Source: Antedon mediterranea (taxonomy: Eukaryota > Animalia > Echinodermata). From it: a stretch of 64,000 nucleotides of DNA. Positions 40,571-53,400 of the stretch are shown piece after piece. A program made the position numbers and the translations under genes. Where the stretch lies: the NCBI RefSeq assembly GCF_964355755.1, contig NC_092675.1:15348912-15412911 (forward strand), given 5' to 3'. The notes beneath the pieces were generated by a model. That model was not told where the DNA came from. It worked only from the letters and a program-made list of their open reading frames with translations, and ran no database searches. How positions within the stretch are numbered: the first letter of the stretch is position 1; each line of letters begins with the position of its first letter.

Positions 40571-41326
40571 AACATGTGATAGCACATTTTATGAGCTTTC
40601 ATTTGATACCAAATGTTTCTTCCAAAACATTCATTATATAGTTAAACAAAAAAATTATATTACCAAATATTCTTGTTTTGCATTATGTTACAATGTGAAT
40701 CAAATGCAGGGTTTTTTTTATTCAATCTGATTCAAATGACAGGAATCATTTAAAACAAATGAATCTTTTATATTTGTGGAAGGGTACAAATAATTTCATT
40801 TGGTTAATGATGAAAAGTTACTTTTTATCATTCCATTTATTTGTACCATTGAACTTATAAACATTCATTATTTGTTTGTTGTTTTATTATTTCTTTTTTT
40901 TTTCTTTCTTTTTTCTGTGTTGTTTAAATCTCATCTTTGTTTAGGCATGTCTGTCACAAGCTTTTTGCTTTTTTTTAACATGCCTTCTTCAATTTAATTA
41001 CCTTTCTTTACACCATTTTGTATACTGTTTTAATTTGAAGAAAATAAATTGATTGATTGATTGATATACTATGCTGTCCAGAGCATTCAGGTCCTATTAA
41101 CATGAGAACTGTAATCTACACTTATGACAACTGTAATCTACACTTTCTTATGTTTTTGAATATCGGAATGCAATATTTATGAAACTTGTATACATATTAC
41201 ATCAGTTTCATATATCTATTTTTGTTATAAACCTGATAAAATCTACAGTTGCAGCAATTATTTACTTTAGAAGTAGCAATAATCATGCATGTATTATTAT
41301 ATCTTAATCATGGACAGCAACATTAA

Positions 41327-41423
41327 TCAATTTTGTTTTGTTTTCCAAGTTGTGACATTCTTTGCAATGTGTTCAACACCATCACAATCCTCAACCATGA
41401 TTATTGAGTCAACACATTTTAGA
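41327..41423 (-). CDS. ovoA: OvoA terminal exon (…NVTTWKTKQN*)
   Basis: Polypyrimidine/cag acceptor, 97 nt, TGA at 41329-41327. Confidence 0.83.
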
Positions 41424-44400
41424 CTGAAAGAAAGGAGAAAAAGAGACACAATTAACATTATAATCCCTATACAAATGAAAATGGATAATACAAATAATAA
41501 TTTAAATTAGTAATTATATTTAGTTAGCTTAAAATTAGTGCTGTTATTACAGTAACCAGGTAAAACAAATACTGCTCACTTTTGTCCAATAACACTAGCA
41601 AGTTTTTCATCATTCCAATCAGTTGGCGACACAATGACAACAATTGCACTCGGTACAATAATCTCCCACAGTCTCAACAGCCAAGCTACAAGATTACAAT
41701 TGAACATTGAACAAAAATGATTAAAGAACAGGACTTTGTGTTTAATAAAAGAAGCATTAGAAAGGAAATTGCTCATAGTATCATCGTTAGTGTTGATTAT
41801 ATTTTCATGATCCTTTCAGTATGTTAGTTGTCTCATGCCTGTGTTGTGTCCAACAAAACCAACAAGTTTTAATCATAACAGCGATAAATGTCTTTTAAGG
41901 TTGCATTCAGAAGTTGTATTAATTACAGTATCTGGTGTATCTGTTGACAATAATTAAGATATTAAACTGATGACTATAGTTCCAATACTAAAATTAATAT
42001 AAACAAAATATTCTATTAAACATATAAAATAGAAGGCAATGCTGAATTCCTGATTTCAGTACTTGGACTATATTTCTAAACAAAAAAAAAAAAAAAAAAA
42101 ATTACAAAAAGATATATTGTTAATAATTTACTCTTTATGTAAATGTTACTACCAAAAAGAGTATAAAATTGTCTTGAGATAAATTAACGCTTTTAAATGG
42201 TAGGCTACTAAACTAAGTTTGGGTTTTTTTTAAACTTGTAACCATGTAAATTACCTACAAGCTACAGAGGCAATTACATAGAATACATAAATAATGGAAA
42301 TGCATGAACTGCTTCAAATAGTCTAAGATGCTCTAATTTACTCAAAAATTAATGTTGTCCATTTTTATATACAATATGCATATGCAACTTGTAGGGCGTT
42401 GATTGTTCAGGAGGGTTTTTAGAGAGGCATTCGGGGGAGGTGTAATAATGGTATAATCTATATATTATAAATTTATGTGAGGGCAAAATTCGGTAAATGG
42501 CGCGTTACTTCTAGAATGTTTTTGGGTATATAAGGTTGTTTCATAATTTCGGTACTGATTTTAACCACCTAATGTAACCTTGTTTACTAAATAAGTTGAG
42601 CTAGATAATTAGTTACTGACAAATAAAACGAGTTTAGGTTCAACGATTTTCCCCAAATAGGGGTGTTTTCCGATCATAGTATACACTGTCTAATGGATTT
42701 CAATGCTGAAAAATACCCCCACACAATAATATGAGGATTGCATTGACCTATCTCCTTCTTTGATAATTGTTTTTAATAGCTGAATAATTGGGTAAACAAC
42801 TCGAGTACAGCATCATAATGTTGAAAACAAGCCGATTTTCTTTTAAAAATACTATTTTGATAGATTTTATATACGTTTATACAAACGTATTGCTTGGTGA
42901 TGAATGGACATTCCAATCTCTCAGTATAATTATGTGGTATAACACAAGTAGGTAAATTGATGGGCCCTTGGGAGATAAACTTAAAACCTTTGACAATAAA
43001 AATTTAAAAACCATTTTTTGCCGCCAAAGTGCAAATTTCTTACTGTGAGTGTAGGTAATGTTTAAACACATAATTATACAAATAGGCCTAAACTTTATTA
43101 CTGAAAGTTGCTTTTGACGTTAATTGTATTAACTAGATGGTACGCAAGTGAATCGAGCATACCATCTATGTCGTGCCCACAGATGGTTATTGAATACACA
43201 GTAATTTCAGTGTAAAAAAACTAACAATTTTAAATGTACTAGTCCTGTACACAGGACTATAATACATTGTCGCTTACAGAAACAAATAAATAGACACGAT
43301 GATTCATGTATTCAACTAAAATTAGCACCCTGGGAATTACTTCCGAAATAGCAACTTCTCACAATTGATTTGGACTCATTTAAACAAACCCAATTTGTGT
43401 TTTGTATGTAACATTAGGGGTTGAGGGATGGGGAAGAGAATGTGTACAAAGAGGAACAATTTTTAAATATATTCTTTATCCAGTAACGAAATATTTTGTT
43501 CATGTTTTATAGGCCTTTAATAATATACCACTAAATACAGTAAAACATTTGCGATTTAATACTTTGTCAATGTCATAGTCGATTGAAATAGTAAAGTACA
43601 TGTAATGATTGTGTACCTCCAAAATGTAATGTTTAAATGAATGAATTGATGAAAGAATCGTCTGTGGACTATATCTACTATGGTGAACATTTGGTCAAAA
43701 TGCGCTGAGTAGGTAAATCTAACTAACAGAAGACAAAGTGATCACATAACCTCATTGGCATGCCAGAGGTAATAATATAAGTACTGTATGTAATCGTCCA
43801 TTGATTGCCTAATTATATGAAATGGTACCCTTCACTAAAAACAATTTTTTACAAATACCACATACATACCTGTCATGTTGACTCCAGATTTTTCATTTTT
43901 TTAATACAAATTAAACATCTACACAACCAACAAAATGCCTTTTATTTCTTTTTAAAATATTATTGAAAAATATGAAAAACAATTTCTTAGTAAACAACAT
44001 TAGTATCAGAACATTCAGGTATGTTGCTCTTGAGAAAAACATTTTTGTGGTTTTGTTTTAAATGCAAATTTATGCAAACAATGATATTTTAAAAAGATAA
44101 ATGATGACATTTTGGCAACGGAGCAGGCCATAAAATAACATTCTTTAATAACATATTGCAGCAGAACAATCAATACAGAATATTTCAGTCAAAATGTATA
44201 TTTTATGGCCTGTTGCCTTTTTTGTACTTTTATAATTGTCAACTAACGTTTATAAAATGTTTCTATTTAGACTTGCAGGGATGAAAGATCCAGCAAATTA
44301 TATTCTCTTCATTCTTGACATTTTATGATATAAAAATGGTATTCCCAATTTGAAAATGGTTTTTTAAATCATTGTCACCGAAAAGAAAGTAGAAAATCAA

Positions 44401-47400
44401 CTATAAAATGTTCAACAGCATTTACAGAAACCAATGCTGTCTGGATGAAGCCCCTCAACAATAAATTTAAAAATGCATATTCTGAATTTTGTGTATGTTG
44501 GAGATTAAACCACTTTCATTTTAGGGTTTATGTTTAGTCAAGACGAGACTTGCAGGGATGTTTTTTTAATCTGTGAAGACAAATTAAAAATCAAAAACTG
44601 ATCAATTTCAGATAGTTTCTTAAGACAACAAAATTGTTGTGAATACATAGAATAATAAAGGTACAACTTGTAGAATATAACGCCTGTTGTGAATACATAG
44701 AATAATAACGGTACAACTTGTAGAATATAACGCCTGTTGTGAATACATAAAATAATAAAGGTACAACTTGTAGAATATAATGCCTGTTGTGAATACATAG
44801 AATAATAAAGGTACAACTTGTAGAATATAATGCCTGTATTCTTAAACCAAACTTTAGTCGTAGTTTGAGATAAAACTTGATGTCATTTTAATTCATAAAC
44901 CAAACTTAGTAACTATAAATCAACAGATTTTCATTGATTTTGTTAGTAGTAGGCTAAAAAGTTTTGTTATAACAAAATGGAAAATGATATTAATCTGCAA
45001 AATTTCATCTGCTCTAATACTGTCCTAACATTGGCTTCATTAAGTCAAACTACAAACTTAGACTACTTTTTTTAAGAACCAAATTTGAATTAATACTTTG
45101 AACTAGCACTTTTTGAAATCAAAGTTTAAACTACGACTAAAGTTTGGAGGAAGGCGCAAGACCAATATTGCGCCTATGTGAAAGTTTGATTCAAGAATAT
45201 GGGGACGTAAAAGCATATTTTTTTGGTGAAAGCAAGTAAATGATCTATAAAAAAAACATTAAAGTGTGTGGCAAAGTGATTTGTTCAAAAATATGTTTGC
45301 AAATTAATTCAAAATTGAACAAATAAACCTGAAAAAGGTAATTTACAATATACATTTTTGGTATGAGAAATGTTTGAAAATCAAATACTATTAGAGGACT
45401 ATTGTTTTTTTACCTTGCCATAGACTTTCAATGTTTGTTGTGAAATAGGAAGGCTATAATGAGACATTTTGTGGCTATTTAGAATGTGATTTTTTAAATA
45501 AGATTAAATGTATTAGGTGCTGATATTGATAATCCTTAAAAATACATTTTACCACGGAAAGTGTGAAAGTGATGAAATCATACGCAATTGTATCAAACAT
45601 TTCCCTTTTATTACAAAAATATATAGAAAATAAATAAGTGGCTCTAAATTTACCTTCAATGTTCATGACTCGATCTAGAAAATCTAGAACAACCAGATCA
45701 AAATCTTTAAGCTCATTTGGAATCCATGTTAACTAAAAATATAAAAAATAATAATAAACTAAACAAAAAACATTAAAAATAAAGAATAGTATGAAATTGA
45801 ATAGAAAATAAATAATAATAAATAATAATACCGGATATTGACAAAATCACACTTATTTTTTACACAATATTAAAACCATTATATTACCTCTGGGTTAATT
45901 AAAATGTATTCACCTCCCTTAGGAAAAACATATAAAAACTGTAAATAAAACACATCAAAATGAAGATTCACACGAATCAAAAGATTTAAAACGGTTTTAA
46001 CAAGTTAAATAAAGTGTCAAATCATTGTGAAAAATGGCAGACTTAACGCACAATCCACAAATTTACACATTTTTAAAAGATTATGGCGGTATGTACTATT
46101 AAAGACAATATTACAAACTAGCTGTTACCCGTGCTCCGCACTTTTCTGCCTTAATATGTGGTTATATATTTTGCATGTATAATAAAAGCGCACTCTGATA
46201 AAAGTACTTTGACAAATTATCAAAATAAAAACAAATTATATCAAGAATCAAATTCTGAACTATTTTATGGCCATTGATTTTGTTATTCACTATCCCTTCG
46301 TTTTAAAATATCTGTAAGCTAAAAAATGAAAGCAATACTGGATATGGAAATTTAGACTTTACTTTTTACTGTTCAGACTTTACAAAAATAAAAGACGCTA
46401 AACAAAAATTGTGCTGTGTGGATTAGTTAGATGATGCACACACACACTAATGAAAGTATAAAATACCAAACTATATTATTTTGGGTGTTTTTCGTGGTGT
46501 ATTCATTATACATAGATAAATAAAAAAGTAAACAAAAATCAAATGAAAAACAAATTGCTGCAGAAACACGAATTGTTAAGTTGTTTTGATGTTCAACATG
46601 TATCAAACCATTTGGAATCGTTTTGTTTGTGTGTGTGTTTTTTTCATTTACATTTTTTTATTTCAAATGGTTTTAATATTTACCAATTTTTTTGGGGTTT
46701 AGGCGATTTGTTACCTATTTGCTATTTGTCTGCCCTAATCATACGCATGCAATGTTGAATACTGCACTTTGTGCTGTGTGAATATTAATCTAGGGTGCAC
46801 ATCAGAAAGTGACGTCTGTTAATCAGTTGGCAGATTAAAACATTTTGATGATAAAATATAAATATGAATTTAGTTATAGAGTTAAGAATATTGGAATAAG
46901 AAAACGGACTTTAAAATCAACACAAAATGTGCATTCACTACTTGAAATAAGATGATGCGCTCGTCAGACACAAACTTTTATATCTCATATTTTGTGGAAA
47001 CACGACTTTGGAATCATTTTATTTGTATGTGTGTGTGCTTTTTGTTTGTTTTTTTCATTTAAATTTAAAACATTTTTAATGGTTTTTTATATTTTGCATT
47101 TTTTTATGTGAGGTTTGGTATCTTTTTTATGCTACATTGTGGTTTAGATTTTTTTCTTTAAGCGGAGATACTTATTATTTACACATATCAGGGATTCGAA
47201 CTCGAACCTACTAAGCATTAATTTCAATGGCCACAGCGTTTTACTGAGCCAAACCGTGATTTACAAAATACATTCTGTTCCAAGGATAGATGTAATTAAA
47301 ACGATACGGTTGACTAAAGACTGTTTTTTAGCTGAAATTTGAAAAGACCATTAGAATCTTACCATTTAAAAACAATGTTTAGATGGATGGTGATGAATTT

Positions 47401-50400
47401 ATCATGCACTGACACTGAAGTCATTGGGGGTTACCTTTAATGGTAATAATAGAAGCAAGTATATTTAAATGATTTTTAATTAACTAGCGGTATCCCTGTG
47501 CTCTGCACAGTCTTTTTCTGCCTTAATATATGGTTATATACTTTGCATGGGCAAGTATAATAAAAGCTGATAAAAGTACTTTGAAAAATTATTTAAATAA
47601 AAACAAATTGTATCACAAATAAATTTCAGAACTACTGTATTTACGGCCATTGATTTATACACAATCCCTTTACTTTAAAATATATGTAGGCTAAAAAATT
47701 AAAGCAATAGTGGATATGGAACTTTAGACTTTACTTTTGACTGTTCGGACTTTACGAAAATAAAAATAAAAGAAAAATTTTGCTGTGTGAATATTAATCT
47801 AGGGAGTTGAAGTCTTTAAGCGGTGATACTCAATAATTACACATGTCGCGGATTCGAACTTGAACGTACACTAAGCATTGATATCAATGGCCATGACATT
47901 TTTCAGATGCGGCCCGGCATGGTATTTGTAGATCCGCCCATGGCGGTACACAACAGAGGAGGTTGCATAGTTTATACAGTGACGCAACATGGTCGCTGAG
48001 ACGTCAAATTACTGCTATTTTTTTGACTTTTTTTAGTGTTTATCCTTAAAATTCCGGAAAGTGTGCGGCCCATCAATAAACATCAGTGTGCTAAATGTGG
48101 GCACGTACCGTTCAGTGGTTTTGGAGGAGATACATAAAATATGCGAAAAATTTAGTAGCATTAATATTTAATACAAATATATGCTTTGTATGTTATCAAT
48201 TAGGGTGTTTTTTACATGTTCTAAATTGCTATTTTATAGATGCGAGTAAAAAGACCTGGATTTGGAATCACTAATAAATATCTGGTGAAGTAAATTCACT
48301 TGGTTACATTTAATAATGTTGGAAAATTTAGGTAAACCCAACACTGCTGCTTTTAATTAATTTACTTTGTGTTTGTTCTAAGTTGTAGGCCATATGTTAG
48401 AGTTGGTATCAGGACTGTTTTCCAGACATTTAGTTTTACATCTCTTGTTTTTTTCTGTTGTCTTGGTCAATTTATTCGGTTTTCTTAGGATATTTCTTGG
48501 TTTATTTTACATCAACATTTTCATGTTCACACTTGTGCTAAACAGCTCATAGAGACGATTCGTATTTTGCGCTATATAAATTTAAAACCATTAACATCTG
48601 TAGACGAACCATATTTACACATGCCAGTTCCTTGCAATGCATTGAAAGCTCTCTGACATTTACTTATTCTATTTCCCGACATGAGCCTCGCCCAGTTCAA
48701 CGCCTAGGTGTCGACATAAACACATGCCAAGATACTGTTATCTAGATACCATGTGGGATCTTCAACAAATGGTGATTTTCCACACAGTGCATAACGTTTT
48801 TGTTGGATTAAATCTCAGACCATTAGGAACAATGTAACTATTAGCAACATCAATCAATTTCTGAAGACCCACAACAGATAGACTTGTTAAAAAAATATCA
48901 TCCGCATAGCAAAATGCATTATAAGAACAGTTGCTGATTGCTATACCACAATATTTAACTTTTCAATTAGATCTTGTAAAATATATTAAAAATAAAAGGC
49001 GAAGATAATCCGCCGTGACGAGTTCCTCTCAAAATGTGTATATTTCTACTGATACAGTTATTCCACTTGACCCCGACATGTATGTAGTATACCAGTCATG
49101 TATGCACCTCCACCAGCTGTCAGTAACGACTACTTTATTTTTGAAAAATGATGGAATGGGGGATTGCATCAAATGCACCCTCAGCATTCAAGGAACAAGT
49201 ATAAACTACTGAACCTCTATTTTTACAGTAGTAGCATTGACTGTACAAGCCAGCATGGTGGTACTACGACGACTAGCAAACCCATATTGTAGCAGGTCAA
49301 GTTAACACCCATACATGATTCGTTAAAACCTAGTTCAAATATTCTTGACAGGATACAGTATTAGAAACAATTATTGGTCTGTAGTTGTTTGGTATTAGGT
49401 TTCTTTAGAATTTTCCAAAAATGTTGGGAATAATCCTAAATTTAATACAGGTATTGAACACAAAGGCCAGAACATCTGGTAACTTAGTATGGAGGCTATG
49501 CATCAGATGTTCAGCCATAATGCCTGGAGCAGTTCTCTTATTAAGATAATTAATTTGCCTTTGTACATCCTCACATCTAAAATACATATAATTGAATATT
49601 TCAAGTCTCAACTGATTGGATTTATCATTGACAAAAAGGGGATACAGAGGTGTTAGGAGCAAACTTAGACTTGTAGAAGTCGGTTAATGATTGAATAGAT
49701 ATTTCATTGGGATTAGAATTCCTTTTACCCTTAGCATTATTAATTGCGTTCCATATTTTTTTTTTTTTTTTACTCTATATAACCTCAAAGTGTGTAATTT
49801 TTGTTAGCAACATTATTAACGGACAATCTACAAACGAGTCTATAGTGTTTTTTGGCAAGTTTATAACATGAAAATATCTGGCCGGACCTAGGCCTCCCAG
49901 TCTTTCCATATACCAAACCAAAAACGTTGTCTGTCCCTGGCAATTGTGCAGTTGCTATTCCACCAGTTTACTGTCTTTCTTGACCTAGTATTATTTTTAG
50001 TTGTACTGGAATTGCAAGAATCATGAATAGCTGTGAAAATTTGTTCACATAAAGTTGTCAATAGAGGACTGAGCCAAATTTTAAGCTGTTTGAATAGGGT
50101 TAATATCACTATTGTTGCAAAGGTTTATATTTTAAATTAAACAATAGTCATTTCAAATTGTGATATAAATTACCTGTTTAAATAAAACCCTACTTCTGTC
50201 AATATCAAATGGAACTACCACTTTTTTTTTACTCCACGAGTCATCAAATGTTTTTGAACTATTATCCTTAGTGTGTGTATTATCAGAATATTCAAAAGTA
50301 CCATCTCTTTTTAATGCAATGGCAGCTTCCAGAAATCGACTACTGTAATCAATACCAGTTACCTGGGGAGAAAGAGGAAGAGAGAGAAAAAACTAATACC

Positions 50401-53400
50401 AGACAAGTAAGAGGAATTATAATGGATGCTCATCGGGTCTTAAATTATCGAATTTGAATTTTATAATAACTTTGTTGTTTAGTGAACTAGCAACTGCAGG
50501 ACGATAAACAAGCCACACTGGTCATGTGTGGCTTGTGTGCACTATAAAAACCTAGTGCATTTTTGTAAGAGTAAAACCTTACCCAATATACAATATACAT
50601 TATTTATTGATGTCTATACAGTACTTTATTTAAATAGTATATGTCATTTTGGCTAAAAACAACACAAGACAATTAAATGTAACTGTGTGAAGAGGTCTTT
50701 GAAAAAGTCTTTAAAAAGAGGAAACTTTACTTTTGAAAATGTACGAGAAAGATGAAATGCTAATCTTCCAGTGGCACATCCAAGAACGAGTGCTGATTGC
50801 AGTGGATTATTATCATGCATTGTTCCATCAACAAACTCTGCAAGGTTACCATAGTAATTGTTGCTGATGACACCATATTGCTTATATAGCATTTTGTTCA
50901 AGTTTCCAGCAGTATCATTTAAAATCTGTTTGTTAGCAGTTGGCACAAACATGTTCTTGTGTGTGTATGGTAATAAGCACATGTTTTCTATAGTAAATAA
51001 AAATATTTTTTCATATGTAAATACACTATCACTAAATTAAGTATTAATTTATCTTATACTACAATTGTTGATTCAACATCTTTTATCATTCATGATCTCA
51101 CTTGATTATATATGAAAATATGACATGAAATAAAATACATCATCTTCTTTCTTCAATAATCAGCTGTTATTTCTAAAAACGTGAACTTGTAAGTTTAAAA
51201 TATTTTTTTAAAAAGTGATTATATTATTTTTTTTTAATATTTAAGCCATAATATACAGTACTTTTAAATGCATTTTTTAATATAACCAATAATAAAATAT
51301 ATTATAATATTCCTTCTAAATGTAAAAAATAAAATTAGGTAAGGCAAAACATCTGACTAATAGTTTTTAATTAAACATATAATTTTCACTTTCTCAAATG
51401 TGCCAATTTGGAACCATAGAACACAATGCTATAAAAATTGGTTTCTTCATATTCTACAGCATTGTGTTCCATGTGTGCCAATTTGTTACTATAGATTATA
51501 GTTTCTTCTTCTAAAACATCTGCGAGTGTTGTCCTGATTTAAGAAAAACGGTTCCCTCACCCTGTTCATTTAATTTTTTTAAACATTAATGTTATTAAAA
51601 CCTAGCCTGAATTACTCTGTTTTTAGTATTACAAAAACAAACACTGTGGTGCTTTTAAAAAGACATCTGTGAGTGTTGGCTGATATTTATACATATACAT
51701 TGTCATGAACACCTTAAGCTAGGTTTTCACAGCGAAGAACATGTTCTATGGCCATTTCTGGCTGCATAATATAACTCTTATTTCCTAAGTAATTTTAAAT
51801 ATCTGAGAATAGTATTTGTTATAGTATATATATATTTATTTCATATATATAATTTTAATTAATTGAGATCTGTACTTTTATATCTAAAAATTGTAAATCA
51901 AAATTGTACACCTAATCATTGTGAAGCGCTTTGTTCAATTTGGAAATTAATATAGATAATGAATTTATCTCCGCATAAGATCCTACAACGCGTGATTGTT
52001 TGCAAGGAAGCTAGCCTCAATCAAATTACTGTATGTTTTTTTTAGCCTTCAAACACTTTCAGCATCACGCAAAGAAACGGGTTGAAGTACATCTACCCAT
52101 GCAGGGGCGGATCCGGGATTTCGCGAAACGGCACGAACTCAGCCCCACCATGGTTGGGGCTGAGTTGAGGCGATTTTGAAAATGTAACACCTCTAGATGG
52201 TCGGAATGGCACTCTCACGTTAAATAAATGTATTAAAAATTGATATTTTAAATATGAAAACTGAGGTACTAGGCTATTAAAGGGTGACATTTTCCCTATA
52301 GGCCTATTTTGAGTAAAAGTGTCACAACAGGGCGTTTCGCACAAGTCAGCGTTTGCACGTACATGGCGGAAAAAGATGCCTGAGGGCCGTCGACAGGACC
52401 TGTTATTAAATGACGCCCCAGATGGCCGGAAAAATGGTACTCGCACATAAAATTCATGATAAATGGCACCTCTAATTTGCAAGAAAAGACACTCTCATAT
52501 GTAGCATGCTACCAATGGGCAAAACGATCATACTTTTCCCTCTAATAAACACACGTGACCAAATACAGGACGATATAACATTTTGTTGCCGATTTCATTC
52601 ACTCAGTATTTATAGTTTTGATTGCGTTGCGTTCAAGTTCAAGTTCAATGCGAAAGTACATCTAGGGGAAGCCCCGAAAAAAGCGCAAATTTAATGCTTA
52701 GTATTATAGCTCAATATTTATTTACATCAATTTGTTGAAGAAATTAAGTATATAAATATAAATAGGTATTGATACAGTGGGGGCCTAGGAAAAAAAAATC
52801 GGTTGCTAATGTATACTACCACAGTACACAGTTACCACAGTTAGTGTAGGTACTATTAATATTATTAACATTATTATCCTCTATAATGATGATCTGTAGG
52901 TAACCACGCCGTGCCAATTTTGACGTATATACACTTCGCTTGCTGACTGCCAGCGATCTAAACAATGGGTAGGCTTACGCGGTTGTATGGCGGTGTCCTT
53001 TGTATGAACCATTCGTGCTCCGAGTATGGGTACGATACACGCGTCAATATCATGTTACATCCAGGGACCAAAATGCATTTCAGGTGAAAATAGGCTATTC
53101 ATTTCGCAACTCTTAGAAATTTACAGACAGCCACGGCAATGGTGACCTCTAATAATAAGTAAATTAGCACGGCGCTGAATGTGTTTTAACCAAAAGTGAA
53201 AGTACTTTACTCTTTTTTCCCCATTTTTTTCCCCTTATGGTAGGATAACTTTTTTTTCTCCAGATTTATAGGGGGGGGGGGGGGGGCGGCGTTTGGATGG
53301 TACGTCCCCCCCCCCCCACCCCCGGATCCGCCTCTGTACCCATGTATACGTATGTAACCATTGTGTCGCTGAACATAACAGAGTGCATGTGCAACTTACA

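Noticed and set aside
47362-47435. Exon-like segment on the - strand ending NIVFK before a gtaag donor
   Set aside because: Wrong phase for the next exon; the true exon (…RVLFKQ) is at 50174-50362.
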